Made by a program: the position numbers and the translations under genes. Under the pieces are notes generated by a model. That model ran no database searches, was not told where the DNA came from, and saw nothing but the letters and a program-made list of their open reading frames with translations. Below, in pieces: positions 45,238-48,963 of a DNA stretch of 48,963 nt. Position 1 is the stretch's first letter. Every line of letters begins with the position of its first letter. The stretch comes from a virus (taxonomy: Duplodnaviria; Caudoviricetes). Location: positions 1 through 48,963 of the IMG/VR virus record IMGVR_UViG_3300044852_000030, one strand, 5' to 3'.

Positions 45238-45522
45238 ATGAGTCATTTGAAAGACAAGATCCTCGACGCAGCGTTCGCCCTGGCCGTCGAGTGTGGTTAT
45301 CGCGGTATTCGCCGTGACATGATTGCCGAGCGTGCCGGTGTTGCCGGTGGTACTGTGAACCTTCATTACTCGACGATGGAAAATCTCAAGGCCGAGATCA
45401 TGCGTCGCGCCATCGATTCGGAGCAGCTTGATATCCTGGCGGCGGGGATGGCCGAAGGTGATTCGGTTGCGATGAAAGCTCCTAAAGCGCTACGGATCAA
45501 GGCGCTTCAGACGTTGTTGTAA
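45238..45522 (+). CDS. Short TetR-family HTH regulator
   Basis: KILDAAFALAVECGY.G.....IAERAGVAGGTV..HYSTMENL matches the TetR N-terminal HTH; only 94 aa. Confidence 0.82.
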   Translation: MSHLKDKILDAAFALAVECGYRGIRRDMIAERAGVAGGTVNLHYSTMENLKAEIMRRAIDSEQLDILAAGMAEGDSVAMKAPKALRIKALQTLL

Positions 45523-45555
45523 GTACGCACGTCACACTCAACAGGGCAGACAATT

Positions 45556-47961
45556 ATGCAAGCATTACCTCCCGCGCTGGGGGCTCTAGCCCCTTACGCC
45601 CAATTTATTCTGTATCACCTGATTCCGAACGGCGCGAAGACCCTCAAACAGCCGTGCAACACGTCGGGTAAAGTCGTCAACGCTCATGACTCGCAACACT
45701 GGGTAACTGCTGACGTCGCTTGCGAGGCTGCCGCCCGTCTCGGCGCTGGCTGGGGTGTGGGTTTCGTGCTGACCGACGACGATCCGTTCTTCTTCATTGA
45801 CATCGACAACTGTTTACAGGCTGGCGCGTGGTCACCTATTGCAGTCGACCTGTGTCAGTTGTTCGCAGGTGCAGCGGTCGAGGTCTCACAGTCTGGATCG
45901 GGACTCCACATTATCGGCACCGGTGCGCCGCGTACCGCGATTGATGATCATGCGTGCAAGGCGAAAGATCCAGTTACCGGTTCGAAAGACAACCTCTTCG
46001 ACCTGTATCGCACTGAACGGTTTATCGCCCTGACGGGTACGAGCGCGACCGGCGATGCAGGTTCGGCGACTCATCAACCGGCACTCGATCACATCGTCGA
46101 GAAATGGTTGAAGCTGGATCCATCGGAACTGATCACCGGTGCTGCGTGGACTTCCACACACTGTGAGGGGAGTTATCCGATTGAGGATGACGCCCGACTG
46201 ATCGAAAAGGCGCTGAAAGCTGAGTCGGTGGCGAGTACGTTCGGTCACCGTGCATCATTCAAAGACCTGTGGAACGCCGACGCCGATAAATTGCTCGAGT
46301 TTTTCCCGCCCGACCAGGGTGGCGATCAATACGACGCATCGGCGGCTGACCTTGCCCTGGCGCAGCACCTTGCGTTCTATACCGGCAACAACTGTGACCG
46401 TATTCTGCGCCTGATGCATATGTCGGGGCTCAAGCGTGCGAAGTGGGATAAGCGCCCCGAGTATCTGGTACGTCGCACGATCCCACGTGCTGTGGGGCGT
46501 CAAACGTCGTGGTATAGCGTCGGTAAACCTATCGAGATGACGCCCATCGAGTCAGTGGTGAGTGCCGCCGATCCGATCATCCGCGCCGGGTTCCAGTTCC
46601 TGCCGATCACCCAGGTGGTGGATCACTTCCGTGGTTGCGTGTACGTGGCCGATGCCCATCGGATATTCACGCCGAACGGAACGATGCTTAAGGCGGAACA
46701 ATTCAACTCGATGTTCGGCGGTTACACGTTCAGCCTGGACGACACGGGTGAGAAAACGACCAAGAAGGCATTCGAGGCGTTCACCGAGAATCAAGGGGTG
46801 ATGTTCCCCAAGGTCGATGGGTCCGTATTTGATCCACGTCACCCACCCGGGGCGATCATCGAGGACGAAGGTCGACGCATGGTGAACACCTACGTGCCGG
46901 TGAACGTGCGCAAGATTCCGGGTGATGTGGCACGATTCATGACGCACCTGTCCAAGATCCTGCCGAACGAACGTGATCGACAGATCGCACTCAGTTACGC
47001 CGCCGCTATCGTGCAATACCCGGGCCATAAGTTCCAATGGGCGCCACTGTTTCAGGGTTGTGAGGGTAACGGCAAGACATTGATCACCCGCTGCGTGGCG
47101 TACGCCGTCGGCCAGCGTTACACCCACCTACCGCCTGCCAGCGAGATTAGCGAGAAATTTAACTCGTGGCTGTTCGGGTCGATCTTTGTGGGTGTCGAGG
47201 ATATCCACGTACCGGACAGTAAGGCCGAGGTACTCGAAATCCTGAAACCCATGATCACCGGTGACCGGCTGGCGAAGCGTGCCATGCAGCAAGATCAGGT
47301 GATGATGGCGAACTGTGCAAACTTCATATTTAACAGCAACCATCGCAATGCCATCAAAAAGACGCTCAACGACCGACGGTTCTGTGTGTTCTTCACCGCG
47401 CAGCAACAGGCTGAAGACATCGCCCGTGACGGAATGAACGGTAACTATTTTCCGGACCTGTACGATTGGTTGCGCGCCGACGGTTATGCCCACGTGGCGC
47501 ATTTCCTCAGCACCTACGCGATCCCTGTGGAGTTCAATCCGACGCTCGGGTGTCAGCGTGCGCCGTTCACCAGCACCACGAGTGAAGCGGTCGAGGCGAG
47601 CTTGGGCGCGGTCGAGCAAGAAGTCATGGAAGCCATCGAAGAAGGTCGCCAGGGTTTCGCGGGCGGTTGGGTGTCGAGTATGGCACTCGACGCGATGATC
47701 GAACGGCTGCGCATGGGTCGGGCAATCGCCCCACGTAAGCGCCGTGACCTGATGCGCTCGCTGGGCTACGACTGGCACCCGGCGTTGAAAGATGGTCGCG
47801 TCAATAACCACATCCTCATGGATAACGGTAAGCCGCGCTTGTACATCCGCCAGGGTCACATCCACGCCAATCTGGTCGGGGGTGCTGAGGTGGTACGTCA
47901 TTACGAGGCGGCGCAGGGTGACCCCGTGGCGATTGCGGCATTGAGTCAACAGGCCGTCTAG
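45556..47961 (+). CDS. DNA primase-helicase (PrimPol-type N-terminus, D5/SF3-like C-terminus)
   Basis: FIDID, EVSQSGSGLH, D.S..D.AL...LAF.TG; Walker A G.EGNGKT; DRRF. Confidence 0.9.
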   Translation: MQALPPALGALAPYAQFILYHLIPNGAKTLKQPCNTSGKVVNAHDSQHWVTADVACEAAARLGAGWGVGFVLTDDDPFFFIDIDNCLQAGAWSPIAVDLCQLFAGAAVEVSQSGSGLHIIGTGAPRTAIDDHACKAKDPVTGSKDNLFDLYRTERFIALTGTSATGDAGSATHQPALDHIVEKWLKLDPSELITGAAWTSTHCEGSYPIEDDARLIEKALKAESVASTFGHRASFKDLWNADADKLLEFFPPDQGGDQYDASAADLALAQHLAFYTGNNCDRILRLMHMSGLKRAKWDKRPEYLVRRTIPRAVGRQTSWYSVGKPIEMTPIESVVSAADPIIRAGFQFLPITQVVDHFRGCVYVADAHRIFTPNGTMLKAEQFNSMFGGYTFSLDDTGEKTTKKAFEAFTENQGVMFPKVDGSVFDPRHPPGAIIEDEGRRMVNTYVPVNVRKIPGDVARFMTHLSKILPNERDRQIALSYAAAIVQYPGHKFQWAPLFQGCEGNGKTLITRCVAYAVGQRYTHLPPASEISEKFNSWLFGSIFVGVEDIHVPDSKAEVLEILKPMITGDRLAKRAMQQDQVMMANCANFIFNSNHRNAIKKTLNDRRFCVFFTAQQQAEDIARDGMNGNYFPDLYDWLRADGYAHVAHFLSTYAIPVEFNPTLGCQRAPFTSTTSEAVEASLGAVEQEVMEAIEEGRQGFAGGWVSSMALDAMIERLRMGRAIAPRKRRDLMRSLGYDWHPALKDGRVNNHILMDNGKPRLYIRQGHIHANLVGGAEVVRHYEAAQGDPVAIAALSQQAV

Positions 47962-47984
47962 CCCCTTCACCGGGGCTTTTTATT
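47961..47984 (+). terminator. Rho-independent terminator
   Basis: GCCCC-TTCACC-GGGGC plus T run. Confidence 0.8.
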
Positions 47985-47993
47985 CGCTGGGTA

Positions 47994-48022
47994 TTGACGG
48001 ACTCGTCAGGATGGCTAATACT
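47994..48022 (+). promoter_or_regulatory. Sigma70-like promoter/operator
   Basis: TTGACG-17-AATACT; operator TGACG-GACT-CGTCA at 47995-48008. Confidence 0.85.
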
Positions 48023-48060
48023 GGTCACGACATCAATTAACACACGTGGGAGCGGGACTG

Positions 48061-48291
48061 ATGAGTGATAAAAATGATGGCGGGCAGGCTTTCCCATCGA
48101 TCAAGACAGATCGACAATATACGACAGATATCAACATTCGTTCGGTGGGTGGTATGACACTGCGCGATTACTTTGCAGCGAAAGCAATGCAATCAGGTGC
48201 AATCGAAATATTCAATACATCCGAATCCGATGCATTGGCGTCATACTTAATCGCTGACGCAATGATCAAGGCACGGGACGGTGACGTATGA
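48061..48291 (+). CDS. Hypothetical phage protein (MTLRDYFAAKA family)
   Basis: GG.AFP...GMTLRDYFAAKAMQ...Y.IADAM..AR. Confidence 0.85.
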   Translation: MSDKNDGGQAFPSIKTDRQYTTDINIRSVGGMTLRDYFAAKAMQSGAIEIFNTSESDALASYLIADAMIKARDGDV

Positions 48292-48431
48292 AACAGCTCG
48301 CAGCGTTGTGGTACAACCGGGCACGGGCGGCGCAAGCCACTGTGGACATTCTCCAAAGTCGACTGAACGTGATGCGCACCGTTGCGCTCGTCGGGTGGGT
48401 TGGCTTCGTTTTACTGCTGATGGGGGTGTGA
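48288..48431 (+). CDS. 47-aa protein with C-terminal TM (not in track)
   Basis: MKQLAALWYNRARAAQATVDILQSRLNVMRTVALVGWVGFVLLLMGV; ATGA overlap. Confidence 0.6.
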   Translation: MKQLAALWYNRARAAQATVDILQSRLNVMRTVALVGWVGFVLLLMGV

Positions 48432-48435
48432 CGTG

Positions 48436-48633
48436 ATGAGCATGCGTAAGGATTTCGAAGAGTTCTGCCGTCGCACTCGCCCAATTCTGCGAACAAATCG
48501 ACACCTGTCACTTGACGGAAAATGGGGTGACTATTGGGATGAATCGACGCAAGGTGCATGGCGTGCGTGGCAATACCTCACGAAACAGAACACTCCAATG
48601 GCGGCAAAGTCCGCCAAGGCGGTGACGCGATGA
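48436..48633 (+). CDS. Hypothetical protein, paralog of 40594-40785
   Basis: Shared N- and C-terminal blocks. Confidence 0.75.
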   Translation: MSMRKDFEEFCRRTRPILRTNRHLSLDGKWGDYWDESTQGAWRAWQYLTKQNTPMAAKSAKAVTR

Positions 48634-48839
48634 AACCCCTGGCATACGTGTACACGTGTCGCAATCCGGGTCAGGTGGCGCTGTTGTGGGCGCACCAACC
48701 GGCGCCATTCGGTCACGGGTGGATCGACGTTAAGCAAGAGCCACTGGTGCGACTGAGTGACGTCGAGGCGTTACTTGCCGATATCGCAGCATCGTGTGTT
48801 CAAGGCGCTGAAATGTGTGACGAGGACGTACGAGGGTAG
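48630..48839 (+). CDS. Hypothetical protein (probably continues across the junction to position 76)
   Basis: MKPLAYVY start; TAG at 48837 is CAG in the copy at 14-16, which extends the frame to the ATGA at 73-76. Confidence 0.65.
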   Translation: MKPLAYVYTCRNPGQVALLWAHQPAPFGHGWIDVKQEPLVRLSDVEALLADIAASCVQGAEMCDEDVRG

Positions 48840-48963
48840 CGGTTTGCAACGACGTTGAATGTGATCGCCAATAAACTGCGGGGAGTATCTGCGCCATGAT
48901 CCAGGACCATACAATCGATCAAACGCTTATCGAACTGGCTCGCACGATGAAAGCGCTCAAGGC
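48824..48963. repeat. Terminal direct repeat / circular overlap, copy 2
   Basis: Matches 1-140 with one mismatch. Confidence 0.95.

Noticed and set aside
915-48022. Palindrome as a host Anr/Fnr or CRP site
   Set aside because: Fnr/CRP cores are TGA-N6-TCA; this motif is TGA-N8-TCA, two bases wider.
1-48963. Alternative genetic code, introns/inteins, diversity-generating retroelement, integrase
   Set aside because: Core genes are intact and of normal length in the standard code; no reverse transcriptase or recombinase motifs seen.

Overview
The window is essentially one complete, circularly assembled genome of a tailed phage with a contractile tail (about 48.8 kb; bases 1-140 recur at 48824-48963). 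I saw no integrase or CI-type repressor, so it is probably lytic. A Pseudomonas-like host is inferred only from the style of the accessory genes. The + strand carries terS-terL-portal-head morphogenesis-protease/scaffold-decoration-capsid-neck-sheath-tube-tape measure-baseplate-fibre-beta-helix tailspike. The - strand carries a holin-endolysin-spanin cassette, an IbrB(ParB)/unknown/IbrA(PAPS-reductase) trio, a family B DNA polymerase, an SSB and a PD-(D/E)XK nuclease. A further + strand block encodes an SF2 helicase, VRR-NUC, a short TetR-like HTH protein and a primase-helicase. The main unexplained structure is regulatory. (1) A 14-bp palindrome TGACG-N4-CGTCA occurs 15 times (11 perfect) and nearly always doubles as the -35 box of a sigma70-like promoter. 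Many of these promoters fire antisense into the virion operons to express inserted accessory genes, and one lies inside the scaffold coding sequence. (2) Two diverged ~270-bp copies of an element with nine TACCCCG iterons flank the head module. (3) A candidate ~60-nt sRNA is complementary to the ribosome-binding regions of several replication genes. (4) A ~275-nt structured non-coding tract contains a pseudoknot. (5) A repeat-peptide/membrane protein/second holin-like operon is divergent from the lysis genes. All family assignments come from motif recognition by eye; no database search was run.
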